Below are positions 48,425 to 60,485 of a stretch of DNA of 64,000 nt, piece by piece; within the stretch, counting starts at the first letter, position 1; every line of letters begins with the position of its first letter. The translations under genes and the position numbers were made by a program. Source of the stretch: Octopus sinensis (lineage: Eukaryota); NCBI RefSeq assembly GCF_006345805.1, contig NC_043006.1:87358001-87422000 (forward strand), in the 5' to 3' direction. Below the pieces are notes generated by a model. That model did not search any database. It was not told the DNA's origin and saw nothing but the letters and a program-made list of their open reading frames with translations.

Positions 48425-49716
48425 GACAGGCAGGCAGGCAGACAGACAGATAGATAGATAAAGAATATCAGAAAACAATGTCAGTAATATTTCAAAACAT
48501 TCATTTCTACAGCTATTTCAATAATTCAAATGTTTAGCTCTTATCACAGATTCCACAGTACATGCAACATTATGTACAGGTATGTGCTTTACATGTGAAC
48601 TTTTGGAGTTTAATGCAAAGTACTACATATTATTCTAATATATCAGGTTACTTGTCCTGCTTAAGCCTCACTTCATACACACACACAAAATTAAAGCATA
48701 GTCTGCTGAAATCATTACATGTCAGTGAAAGTGGAAACATGAATGAGCAAAGAGAGACAGGTAAAGTTTTAACCTGGCTTTAAAGCCTTCTCTGTAGCAA
48801 AAATAACTGTCACTTTTCTCATCTCCTCAACTTTATAGTTTAAAACAATTTATCACTGTTATTCCCATTAGGATCCTAAAAGTCCAATAAAATTTTTATC
48901 AATTTTTCATGACCTGGAATAGAGCATTGAATATTTTCCACCTAGGATTTACTGCACTGTGTGCCAGGTCCTTGCAGTTAAAACCACGGTTTGTTTATTT
49001 TATTATATTTCACATCTTGTTATAACATTTAATTTTTTTTTGAAACGTGAATAATCATGGCAAACACTGAGATGTCAAAAGACACTCTCAGCTTGTATAA
49101 TGGTACTTCTAGCCTTTAATCAATACACATATTTTTCCTCTAAATACATGTTCTAGATCCTTGACAACTAAACCTTTGTAAGGGATCTTCTATAGGATTA
49201 CTTGATTTGCTAGGAATAATAATTAAATCTTCCTTTTGTCACACTGTTATTTTAAATAAGGTAACTTGCCTTTGATCATCGGTCTGGTTAATCAGGGCTA
49301 GCCTAGGGTTAAACAACAACCTCCAATTTATCAATATGTTGGAAGTGCAAGCTACTGTTAATCTATTCTTCTCTCAAACTCACACAATTTCTCTCTCTCT
49401 AAATTTTTTACTTCTAAAATGGTATTTTCAATGAGATTCTATTTCTCCAGTTATGGCCCCTGGTTGTGTATCATATGCTAAGCCCTAATTTAAACCCTAA
49501 TCCTAACCCTTCTTCAGATCTGAAGCTTCTAACTGATATGTTCTCCCAAGTTATAAATTTACAATTAATCAACATGTACAATTAACCATTTTAATTTAAT
49601 TACCCCTACTAATATACAGAAGTGGGTAGAGGCAATTAAAAAGAATGACTGACATGGGCATCTTCTAAATTTAATTTATAATAGCTTTAAAACTGCACTT
49701 CATGTGAACTTTTAAG

Positions 49717-50812
49717 CTAGCTCCTGCAGAGGGCTAATTGGGCACATGGCCCAAAACTAAAGGGAGAAATAATAATAAAGTATTTATTGGTATCCTACTA
49801 TCTCAGATTTATATCACAAAGTATCACATCTGGAGAATTTTGCCTCATTGTGTCATTTGGAGATCACTGTAAAATGGCAGGATAAACAATATTCTTCGTT
49901 TTACCATTTGGTGTGAAGAGTATGAAGAGATTGTTGCCATTTCCAACTCTGGAAAAACCAACATAGAGCTGACCATGGGAAAAACATTGCTGCATGAGGT
50001 GAAGTCCAACAACTATGAGTGATTGTCCTTGACTCTTCTTAATTGACATTGCAAAACTAACTCTTACTGGAAATTGAAGCCTCTTTCATGTCTACTGGAA
50101 TCAGTGGAATTCTTGGAATAAACACATTTTCTCCCTTTCCTTGTCCAGTGAAAATTGTTGCATCTAAAAGATGTGACTGCATTTGCCTGACAATCAATTT
50201 TGTTCCATTGCACAGCTTTGGGAGAGCCAGATTTCTCAAAAGCATGATAGGAACTCCTTTCTTCAATATCAGTTTGTGAGAAGGCATTCCAACAGGACCA
50301 AAAGTGTTAAGAAACTCAGTAATTATTATAAAATATATATATATATATATATAGTGGCTTTGTGTCTGTGTTTGTCCACCATCACTGCATGATAACTGGT
50401 GTTATTGTGTTTACATTCATGTAACTTAGCAGTTCAGTAAAAGAGGTCAATAAAAAGTACCAGGTATAAAAAGGAAGAACTGTGTGGTCACAGTCTGATG
50501 ACTGAAAAAGATAAAAGAACCCCTATTTCCTTAGTAAAACTTTAAGCTCAGGGAATCAACTCTTGTTCACCTATCTCAGTAATACTATGGCTCTGAAACC
50601 TTTCGCAGTCACTTTACTGGTTAGAAATAGCAACCCAAACGCTTTAAAATTAGATCACAATGCTGGATGTTCAAGAACCAAATGAAGGGGAGATTTTCAA
50701 TCCTGGGATCATCCAAATTCCAAAATTGCCTAATATGTCTATGTAGAGCAAATATAGACTGAGATACAGGGGCCCCAGACAGAAAGACAGAATTACACTT
50801 TTATTATATAGA
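49717..50812 (-). mobile_element. Non-autonomous Helitron with helicase C-terminal remnant and nested SINEs
   Basis: 5' end A|TCTATATAATAAAAGTGTAATTCTGTC at 50812. Candidate 3' CTAG at 49717-49720 after short GC hairpins, but followed by C rather than T. Confidence 0.55.
49864..50330 (-). pseudogene. Helitron PIF1-like helicase C-terminal fragment
   Basis: [38 protein letters not shown], (F)AMSIKKSQGQSL, FSHGQLYVGFSRV; one frameshift. Confidence 0.9.
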
Positions 50813-51369
50813 TAAGCAAAAACAAAAACAAAACAATACAGTATGTAGTCTAATTGCGTATCACTGGGTCAGTAGATAACAAAGAAGAAGATAAGAAAAA
50901 GAACAATAATTATTTCTTGAAGTTAAAATTTTTTTTTATTAACCATTAATATAAGCAATAAAGACCTGAAATACTGGGAGAAGGGGATAGTCAATTACAT
51001 TGACCACAGTAAACTAGTAATAATTTTAGTGATGCCGAAAGGATGAAAGGCAAAGTCGATCTTGGCAGAATTTGAACTCAGAACATAATGACAGACAAAA
51101 TAACAGTAAGCATTTTGCCCAGTATGCTAACAATTCTGCCAGCTCACCACTTTGATGATGATAATAATAATAATATAATAATAATAATATAATAATAATA
51201 ATAATAATAATAATTCTTTCTACAGTAGATCGCAAACTTCTGATTACCTCCTCCTGGCACCCAAGCTACATTTCTAGTGCTTCCTACCCCCAACCACAAC
51301 AAACAGATCTTTTCTATTGTAAATTCAAAGCAACTGTATTTCACAAATAAAACTTAACCCATTATTTTG

Positions 51370-52250
51370 CTGCTTTTACTATATGAAAAACTAAATTCAC
51401 ATCCCACCTGCAACTATGTCGCTTTCATATTTTTAAAGCAATGGCTGTGCAGGGATATCAGCGTCTTGACATCTGACAAAAAGGCTTTTAGAAGTAGTCT
51501 TAGTTCCCTGTATTCAATAATTTTCAGTCTGCATCTTTGCTTTGAAAAAATCTGGGCAACTGCATTGAAGCCCCACTCTACAAAATATGATGTTGGGAGG
51601 GCAATAAAGCACATATTGACTTCGTTTCAGTGGAGGGTAGCAGTCAGAAATGTCCTTTTGCAATCAAAAATACAGACCTTTTTTTAAACTTTGGCCTCAT
51701 CTCAAATGTCATTTTAAAATGAAACCTGTTCATCTCCCACTACTCTTCTTTCCTATTACTGAATCACCCAGACAGGTATTTTAATCAAAAGTAAATATCC
51801 TGAATTCAGTCAGATATGACTTTCTGCAGCTCATCCGGCTATGAACAATACACTTAAATGTCATCTTCTGGTATGTGCTTTTCCTTCTCCATTTCAGACA
51901 GTCTCAGAAACTGGAAGATCTAACAACAGTTTGTGTTACATTTGAATAGCTGTAACTTTGACAGAAACCTGGAGAGTACTGGTTTCACTTTGATAAGTTT
52001 TAACCTCATTTCCTTGCAGTAGCAATTTAAATTCATTGAACTTTGTAAATACATCTGCCATGTAAGTAATGCCATGCTTGATGTTTCATGGTTCATTACT
52101 GAACAGAGATTATGGTGACCAAGCAAGAGCAATGTGAAAGAATGGATGGTAATTAGAACTAAAGTTAGAAACCATCAAAAAAAGGATGTCAGGTATGCCG
52201 AGCATATGACAAAAGAAAGTAACATAATGGAAAAAATGGACAATTGCTTA
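51370..52250 (-). pseudogene. hAT (Charlie/Buster-like) transposase C-terminal remnant
   Basis: FIALPTSYFVEWGFNAV...LRLLL..F.SDVKTLISLH and LIKVKPVLSRFLSKLQLFK. Confidence 0.7.
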
Positions 52251-52260
52251 CAAGAATATA

Positions 52261-52476
52261 CAAAGGGCTGTTGAAAAGTTCCTGGCTTTAAGGGTATCAT
52301 GAAAGGCCTGGCTGGAGACTCCACCTTCTGAATTCTTTCACGGGGCTTAGAAAAAACTGAAGGACTGCTGCAATAAGTGTGTGAATCTGAGAAGAATATG
52401 TTGAATAAAATCATAATTATCTATTCCTTCTATATTTTCTTTTATCCAGAGCCAGGAACTTTTCAGCTCCTCCTCA
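52261..52476. mobile_element. Mariner-type MITE (family of 15829-16046)
   Basis: TA|CAAAGGGCTGTTGAAAAGTTCCTGGCT / AGCCAGGAACTTTTCAGCTCC inverted ends. Confidence 0.65.
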
Positions 52477-52483
52477 TGCTGCT

Positions 52484-53035
52484 GTGAGTGGTGAAACAAT
52501 CAAGATCAGAGAACATTTAAATGATGAAGAGCTGATAATAATAAACAGGGTTTTGGATCTATTAAATGCAGAAGAAACAGAATTTGTATGTGACAAGAAT
52601 GTTGACCAATGGAGATTAAATCAAGAAACAAGCAAAGTCAATAATGTATTGAAACACATTGAAACAAAGAACATCTTAGAGAGAAATAAATTCATTAAGG
52701 TTGCTTAATGAACATCTTAGAGAGAAATAAATTCATAAGGTTGCTGAAGATCAATGGAAACAGAACATTGATGGAAAGACAAGAAAAAAAAACAATTTTG
52801 GTGGAAAAGGGGATTATATGAAGATATAGGGTCCCTCAGCAGTGTAGTGTCAATACTTGACAGGGAAAGAAAAGGAAAATTGAAGAATGATTGTAAATTT
52901 GAAAAATTAAAGATGAGGTATGGTGTTGATACAAAATACCTGAATGATGTGATTCAAGAGCTGAAGTAGTGCATACTTGCCAAAAAGCAAAACTAACTAG
53001 GTTTGAGCAATGGATTAAACATTAGCAGCAATTTG
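52484..53035 (+). pseudogene. R4/Dong-like ORF remnant upstream of RT, with a ~40-bp tandem duplication (52669-52745)
   Basis: LNQETSKVNNVLKHIETKNILERNKFIKVA...ILDRERKGKLKN..FEKLKMRY...VIQELK..ILAK. Match is from memory of the family. Confidence 0.5.
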
Positions 53036-53329
53036 AAGTCTGAATGTAAAGGCCCAGCAATTTGTTCTATGCATTAATGATTCTGCCAGCTCATTTCCTT
53101 CTTTGAAATTTTTTCTAGTTTTGGTTCAAGGCCAACAATTTTGAGAGGAGGGAGAAGTCAATTACATCAACCCCAGTGCACAACTGGTACTTATTTTGAC
53201 TCATACACAGGCACATATCTATGTATGTATATATGTGTGTGTGTGTGTGTGTCTACTCCTTATGCAGAGTTTGACCACCTCCTGTATCTACACCTTAGAA
53301 CCATCATGACACCTGATGTGGCTTTTTTT

Positions 53330-53755
53330 AAACTAGAGAATGTTTTGAAAAGATACCCACATAGACTGCATATCCGATTTGGACCACCTAAAACACAATG
53401 AAATCACCCTCTTTTGAAACGAATCCTCAGCGATGATGAAAAATGAATTGTCTACAATAACATCAATCGAAAACAATCTTGGTTTAAGTGTAATGAACTA
53501 GTACAAACCACATCAAAAACTGAATTGCATCAAAGAAAGGTCATGCTGTCAATTTAGTGGGATTACAAAGGTGTTGTGTATTTTGAGTTGCTTCCAAGGA
53601 ACTAAATGATTAATTCAGATGTTTACAGTCAACAACTAATGAAACTGGAGAAAGCAATCAAAGAAAAACCTCCAGAATTGACAAATTGTAAAGTAATCAT
53701 GTTCCACCATTACAATGCTAGACCACACACGTCTTTGCTAACTTGTGAAAAATGC
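53330..53755 (+). pseudogene. Mariner transposase catalytic-core fragment
   Basis: KRILSDDEK*IVYNN, KVMLSI*WDYKGVVYFELL, YSQQL, FHHYNARPHTS. Confidence 0.85.
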
Positions 53756-53894
53756 CAATACATGTAATGGCATGGGCTTTTTTTCGTTCATCAGGTGTTG
53801 GAAGAATGGAAATAATCAAAGGAACAATGGATGGCAAAAAATAGAGGGGAATTTTAGAGAGATGTTTAATATTTAGTGCTCACTTCCAAAACTT

Positions 53895-54258
53895 GGAACT
53901 AGGATGGGTCTTCTACAGGATAATAATTCAAAGCATACAGCAAAGCTGACTGAGAATTGGCAGAAAACAAAAAGGATTAATGTTGTGAAATGGCCAAGTC
54001 AGTCTCCAGACCTTAATCCAATTGAAACTTTGTGGAAAGAATTGAAACTCAACTCAGAGTTCAGAAAAGACACCTGTGTAACTTACAAGAATTGAAAAGA
54101 ATTTGTGTAGAAGAGTGGGTAAAAATAAGCCCCACCACATGTAAAAAATATTTAGGAGACTATTCAAAGTGCCTGCAAGCTCTCATCATCAACATGGGCT
54201 ATGCAACTAAATACTGATTTGATTGCATAAATGTGTTGTAAACTTTTGCGGGTCACTA
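53895..54258 (+). mobile_element. Tc1 (DD34E) 3' fragment with right TIR
   Basis: QDNNSKH-..-WPSQSPDLNPIE (34 residues), ..MGYATKY*, then AAACTTTTGCGGGTCACTA|TA. Confidence 0.85.
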
Positions 54259-54293
54259 TACACAGACACACACACACGCACACAAACACACAC

Positions 54294-54295
<2 letters not shown>

Positions 54296-54353
<58 letters not shown>

Positions 54354-54405
54354 GGATAGATGGATGGATGGATGGATGGATGGATGGATGGACGGACGGA
54401 CGGAG

Positions 54406-54462
<57 letters not shown>
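54296..54462. repeat. Symmetric compound (GATA)n-(GGAT)n-(GGAC)n-(GATA)n microsatellite
   Basis: Direct reading. Confidence 0.95.
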
Positions 54463-55680
54463 TGGGGTGGGGAGCAAAAGCATAAGCCAAAAATTCATGC
54501 TTAATCAATTATGTGTTTTCATAAACCAACAATGAAAGAGAAGAAATACAAATATTTTACAAAGAATGCAGAAATTAATGCTTAATGCTTACCAATAATG
54601 AAATTACATAACAATCAAGAAAATAAGTCATATTGATATCTTAAAGAAAGTAAATGCTGCTAAATTGTAAGGAAGAGCAGACAACTTTGTAAGTAATAAT
54701 ACAAATACACTAGAAGTTTATTATATCAAATATTAAAAGTTTCTTCCAATGTGATTAATATCCAAATACTATAGAATATTGTCGGCAGGTGATGCAGTGA
54801 GAATTTTTAAATGGTATCTGAATCTATTTTAAACAAAGCTGCAAACCAAACTTGGCACGCTAAGCACTTACAATAATCTTCCTTGTGGGTTGTGTTAAGT
54901 CATGTTACCATGGTTACAGAACTTTGTACGACTGTGTAGAGATAATGAGGTTGGTATAGGAAATAATAGTTTTATGTTGCTGAATATGTTTCTGTTCAGT
55001 CATAGAAATATGTGTGTACTTGTGTGTATAAGTATATACATATAACTATATATATGTGTGTGTGTGTGAGTAACAAACCAGACAGTGAGTAATCAACACT
55101 GAATTAGTGAATGAATAATACACACATGCACACACACCTGTACAAACTTCATATTGCTAATGTTAGAACGTAAACAAACTTAAAGTCAACAATATTCCAG
55201 GAATGACTATCTCTGAGACAGGGTGCACCCTTCTAAGATGGTAAGGGTCTATTTCTATGAGGCTTTCTTATTGGCAATGTTAACATAAGAATGCTGGATT
55301 CTGACCTAATGGTGCCTTTACTTCTCAACAATGGTTCTCCATCAATTGTTCTATTTTCTGACAAGACATTTACACAGAACACATGTCATAAATGCTGAAT
55401 ATGAAACAAAAAAAGAATTAAAAGTCTACTTTCAGTTCGTCTTGCAGGCCATTTCAGACAACTATATTTAAATGTAGCCATTTCAGAGTTTTACTTATTT
55501 AACACTAAATGATAAAATGTAATATAAGCAAATTATTTACCTATAGTTAAAACGTCAAAAATTACAAATTTTAAACACTTTTTATTAACTCTCTTTTTAA
55601 ATATCTGTTATAAAGGGAAAATATTAATACAAAAATTTATTGAAAGCAATTCTTTTTGCAGAATTAAATAATAGTCAGTC

Positions 55681-56086
55681 TCATCATCATCATTTAACAG
55701 CCATTTTCCATGATGGCATGGGTTGGATGGTTTGACATGATCCAGAGAGCTGCAGGACTGCGTTGAGACCAAATATTGGTTCTGTCATGGTTTCAACATT
55801 CTGGCTGCCTTTCCTAAAGCAAACCACTTTACAGTGTGAACCAGACACCTTTTTCATGACATAAGCACTAGTGAAGTTGTCAAGTGATTTTCAATATAAC
55901 GGGAAAAATAAAAAAAAGTAGGTAAAGAAAACCAGCCTTCTCAACTAAGTGGGAGTGTAAGAGATGGGGAGATGGCTTTATGTAAGGCATTAAAGACAAA
56001 AGTATGATAGAGAGACAAGCACAGATGTTTTGCTATAAAGCAGATACACGGCTACCCAACATTATGGGTGAGCAGGCGAGTGAGAG
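55681..56086 (-). mobile_element. Old RTE 3'-UTR remnant (continues at 57012-57160 after the Tx1 insertion)
   Basis: (CAT)n tail and TTTCCATGATGGCATGGGTTGGA motif; GA-rich interior like 63240-63700. Confidence 0.55.
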
Positions 56087-57011
56087 AGTATCTTTATTAT
56101 GATCATGGTGATCTTACATAGAATGGGACAATACAGGAGAAACAAAAGACAAAGATGTTACATGAGTTCACATGATATAAATATTAAAAATTTACTTAAA
56201 TAATATGTATTTTATATATCGTTTGAATTTTCCTTTAAATAGAACTTTGATTTAAACTGAAACTAAATCAAAGAAAAACACGAACAAAACGTTATGAGTT
56301 ACACCCGGCAGCCTGTAAAGCCCAGCAATGAACTTTTCCTTTCCTCAATGATTAAGCTGGGTTACTAACACCCACCTTTCTCATCACATCCTTCCATCGT
56401 TTCTCGAATACTCTCGGTGGCAGGGTCCTCCTCTCCAGCCCCATCTTGCTCTTCAGATGGTATCTGAAGTAGGTCAGCAAACCGGGGCCTGAGATGAAAG
56501 ACCCTTTCACCGCATCTTCCATTCTCATTCTCCAGACACACTCTTTCAATATTGCAACAGTACAGTAAAAACATGCCTTACCTTCCTCTGTGAGTCCAGC
56601 TGGCGGTATCATCTTTATCATAGATTCAGCTGACAGCTGTACTCACCCCAAATGTGACAGCACGTGTTCAACATAACTTATCAAGCTAGATAGCTCCCGA
56701 CATTGTACAATAGCATGCTGGACAGTTTCCTTGTCCACCTCGCATCTTGGACACGTCGGTGACACTGGTACTCCATGTCTGGATAACTTATCTCGAACAG
56801 GTAAAGCGTTCCTATAACACTGCCAGGTCAGGGATTTTTGGAAGTTATACAAATACCCCGACCTGAAAGTTTTTTTTAAACAGGTCGGCGAGTTGGTTCT
56901 CATCGAACCCCAGAGCCCCTCCTAGGACGTCATCGTTTTTTCCCTCTACCAGCTTTCTATAGAACACTGAGGTGGTATTCCCACTGCTGGCTTTGCCCGC
57001 CTTGTGGATCA
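56087..57011 (-). mobile_element. 5'-truncated Tx1/L1-clade LINE with 16-bp target-site duplication
   Basis: AGCAGGCGAGTGAGAG at 56071-56086 and 57012-57027. ORF2 C-terminus WQCYRNALPVRDKL..TCPRC..ETVQHAIVQC; AATAAA near the 3' end. Confidence 0.85.
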
Positions 57012-57169
57012 AGCAGGCGAGTGAGAGCAGATGGAAGATAAAAATGGTGGTGATAAGTGCCTGAGCATACTCTCAAAGAACAAGAAGGTGAGCCTAATGC
57101 AGAATACAGAGAATTAATCAAGGAGATAGGAAAGGGTGGGTAATTTCATTAAAGCATGCAAGGAGAATG

Positions 57170-57705
57170 GCAGATGATTTTCTAACTAGAAAGGGTATGG
57201 CCTGGTCAGCCTGTAATGACATGCATAAGATCTGGTCATCAAATCTAAGTAGAGACTTCAAACTTGAAATCATTAAAGCCACAGTCGAACCAATTCTACA
57301 ATATGGCTCAGAAACCTGGACGTTATCAAAGAAGCTTGAGAGGCAGTTGGATGGAACCTACACTCGCCTCCTTATGAGAGCTCAAAATCTCTCGTGGAAG
57401 CACCATCCAACCAAAATGCAAATATATGGGAAACTACCACCTGTGTCATCTCTTGTGAAAGGTAGAAGAGTCCAGCTTGCTGGACATTGTTGTAGAGCTG
57501 AAAAAGAGGTAATTTCTACTCTTCTCCTCTGGAAGCCATCTACTCACAATACCAGAGGGCACACACTCTCCTACCCTGATGTAATCTCCAGGGATACAGG
57601 CATCCAGCAACAGGACCGCCGTAATGCCATGATGGACCGTGAAGTCTGGCGTAGCATAGTAAATTCCATTGTCTCGACCACGGTCGAACAATGATGATGA
57701 TGATG
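57170..57705 (+). mobile_element. 5'-truncated RTE LINE, second family, ORF C-terminus intact
   Basis: ILQYGSETWTLSKKLERQLDGTYTRLLM..RRVQLAGHC; the stop runs straight into a (TGA)n tail. Confidence 0.9.
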
Positions 57706-58889
57706 GGAGCTAGAGGTGGCTGTAGCTTTATAATGAAACATTATAATATTTGACTAAAAAACCCTTTAATCTTTTGGTTTCTTACTTTGAAAATAGAGAG
57801 CATCCCAATACCGTGACTCAAAAAATGTAAAGTAATGCTTATCATTTCCTACTTATATCATTATTCATACCTTATAATGTTTACTCCAACTTTCTAATTA
57901 CAAAGTATCTGATCATGTGTTATGTTCTCAATACTAATCTATCAAAACAAATTTGTTTCTATGTTTAGTAAAGATACAACACTCAGCTTGTCTTGGATAG
58001 ATGCCATGCTGGAACTTTTAATATGTTGCAACTAAGAAAACGAATGAATGCTCAGTTGGGCAAATTATAGCATTAAAGGTTAAAAATATGCTGCAAGGCA
58101 ATTTCTGAATTTGGCAACTGCACATTAAATATCATGAAAATAATATTTTATGAAATTCAATATGTCAATCCATTGTTTGCAATTTTTGTCACGTTTACAA
58201 TAAAAGACACACAAAAGTAAAATTCGTAAAGATTAGAAGAGAAATTAACATCCAAAACTTGTAAGGAAGCAAATTATTGAATTTACAGTATATGATAGTA
58301 GCCAAATAATAGTAATAGTAATATTATACATCATCATTTTATGTTTGCTTTCCATACCTGCATGACTTGGATGGGGCGTGACAATCTAAGAAGCTTGTAT
58401 TCAGAGAAACTATCCTCCCGAATAGGTAGGTGGACCATACATTGCTTACTTATTTCAGTTTTGGATTGGCATTTACTGCTGGACCCCCTTTCCTGACACA
58501 ACAACTATTTACGCAGAAACACCCACACAGACAGATGGGCTGACAAATGGATAGGTAACTGGAAGGAGAGAGGGTTAGATAAATATATAGGTAGCTAGGA
58601 GGAGGAATAGATAAATAGATAGCTGGAAGGAGAGGGGAGGCATAGATAGATAGATAAATAGATAGATAGATAGATAGATAGATTGATGGCCGGAGGGAAA
58701 GATGGATGGATGGACAGACAAACAGACATATTGACATGCTCACACGTCTACTGTATGCATCACAATTTAGGAAGTGTACAATGCACCCTTGCATGTCATA
58801 AGCAGGAATCCAGTCAGTTCATTTTAGAGATCTATGATAGCGAAGTGCCTGCTTTCCTAAACTTTTGACATTGAAGGTCTTTCTGTAGT

Positions 58890-59860
58890 GTGTTGTAGTT
58901 ACCATTTGCCAACAGACAGAAATATCAGCAATCAATCATAACAAGAAGATACAATCAAGATGGGTCGCCTCTCTCCACAAACATATCAATAAACACAGGG
59001 AAAGTATTGGATAATTGGATATAATCACTGAGGGCAAATAGAATAATAGATAGAGAAACACCCAACTGTGACTCTATGATAGATTCAGAAAGGTCTATAG
59101 GAAATGTTGATTGTAAATATTGTCAAAAAAGTTAACTGTCCTTAACTAAAGAACTGTGAATAGTAAATGGAAAGCTTCATTATTATAGGAAATTACTAGG
59201 ACATAGCACTATCCATATCCAAATCTGTATTAAATCCATAAACAGTATATGACAACATGAAAGGCCATTCTATGTAAGTCATACAAACTCCCAACTCCAG
59301 GATAATCTAGTGTCATTTTGCAGAGGGGTCTGGAATGTAAACAAACGACACAACCAAAATACAAGGTCTGATCAATAATATCTAAGATGTACACAGGTAC
59401 AGGTTGACTAAAGTGATAATAACAAATTTCAAAACATCTAACAATGTAGTATTTTAAAGTCAACATCACTGGCCTTTCCAAGGGTATATATAAAGAGTCC
59501 TCTTTTCTATGAAACCAAGATTTGGACTATGAGGAATGAGTTTTGTCCTTGCTTTGATGGTACATATGCTAGGCTTTTTATGACAGCCCAAAATATCTCA
59601 TGGAGAGAGCACAAGACCAAAGCGAAGATTAGTGAACACATTCCACCCATCTCTGCTATTACTGCTCAATGAAGAGTAGACTTTGCTGTGTTGAACACCA
59701 GGCCCATATAAGATTCATATTTTGGAAACTTCTGGATTCTAATAGAGAATGGAAACCACTCAACTACATCAACATCACTGGCTGGGATACACAACATGAA
59801 ATTTAAGACATACTAAGCTAATGAGGAACAGAGGTTCCTTGAGTGATATTGTGAAATACA
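58890..59860 (+). mobile_element. Degenerate copy of the second RTE family
   Basis: 59490-59690 translates to FYETKIWT..FDGTYARLFMTAQNISWREHKTK, homologous to 57290-57420. Confidence 0.6.
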
Positions 59861-59934
59861 TCACAGTTGTGGCCATTTGAAGATTACTTGAATGTATTCC
59901 TTCAGGATCCTATATGTATGGGTGTATATAGTCA

Positions 59935-60160
59935 ATTCTAATAAGGAAGCAATTCAAATAAACAAATAAAAATTGAAAAATAGGACAACAACGAACTTGA
60001 GGACGTACACAAGAAGTGTATTAGCTTGATGCTCAGTGAAAGGAGAGAGATTAATGTTTCTAGCATAGCTCTTCGTCCGAAAGGAGAAAGGGGAAAATCC
60101 AAAGAAGGAGAAGATGAAGAAATCACCAATGGCACACGAGAAGTTACATTGTTGGAGGCA
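59935..60160 (-). mobile_element. PLE-terminus-like fragment with a heavily decayed hammerhead-like motif (60051-60084)
   Basis: Minus CCTTT CGGACGA A GAGC-tat-GCTA GAAA CATT; three departures from consensus. Confidence 0.3.
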
Positions 60161-60164
60161 TATA

Positions 60165-60485
60165 TATTTGAGATCCCCTTCAGTCATGACTGACCGTGGG
60201 ATTGCACCTAGAAAGTTACCCTCCCAGGCACAAGTCCGAGCAAGGTTGCTTATGGAAGATCAGCAGTCGCCCAAGCATACCGGCCTCCCCTCTCCACACC
60301 ACCAGTGTTATCCAAGGGAAAGGCAACAGCAGATACAGCTTGGCACCTGTGATGTCGCAACTCATTTCTACAGCTGAGTGAACTGGAGCAATGTGAAATA
60401 AAGTTTTCTTGCTCAAGAACACAACATGCAGCCCAGTCTGGGATTCAAGCTCACAACCTAACGATCATAAGCTCGATGCTCTAAA
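60165..60485 (-). mobile_element. SINE (family of 16066-16392)
   Basis: Colinear similarity over about 320 bp. Confidence 0.85.

Noticed and set aside
48549-48760. Two small plus-strand segments with good splice sites (..GTACAG|gtatgt and ..GAGACAG|gtaaag)
   Set aside because: The first is open in all three frames, the intron would be only ~65 nt, and no unique phase assignment is possible.
55230-55390. ~45-50 open codons on both strands
   Set aside because: No consistent splice pair or recognisable motif; compatible with chance.
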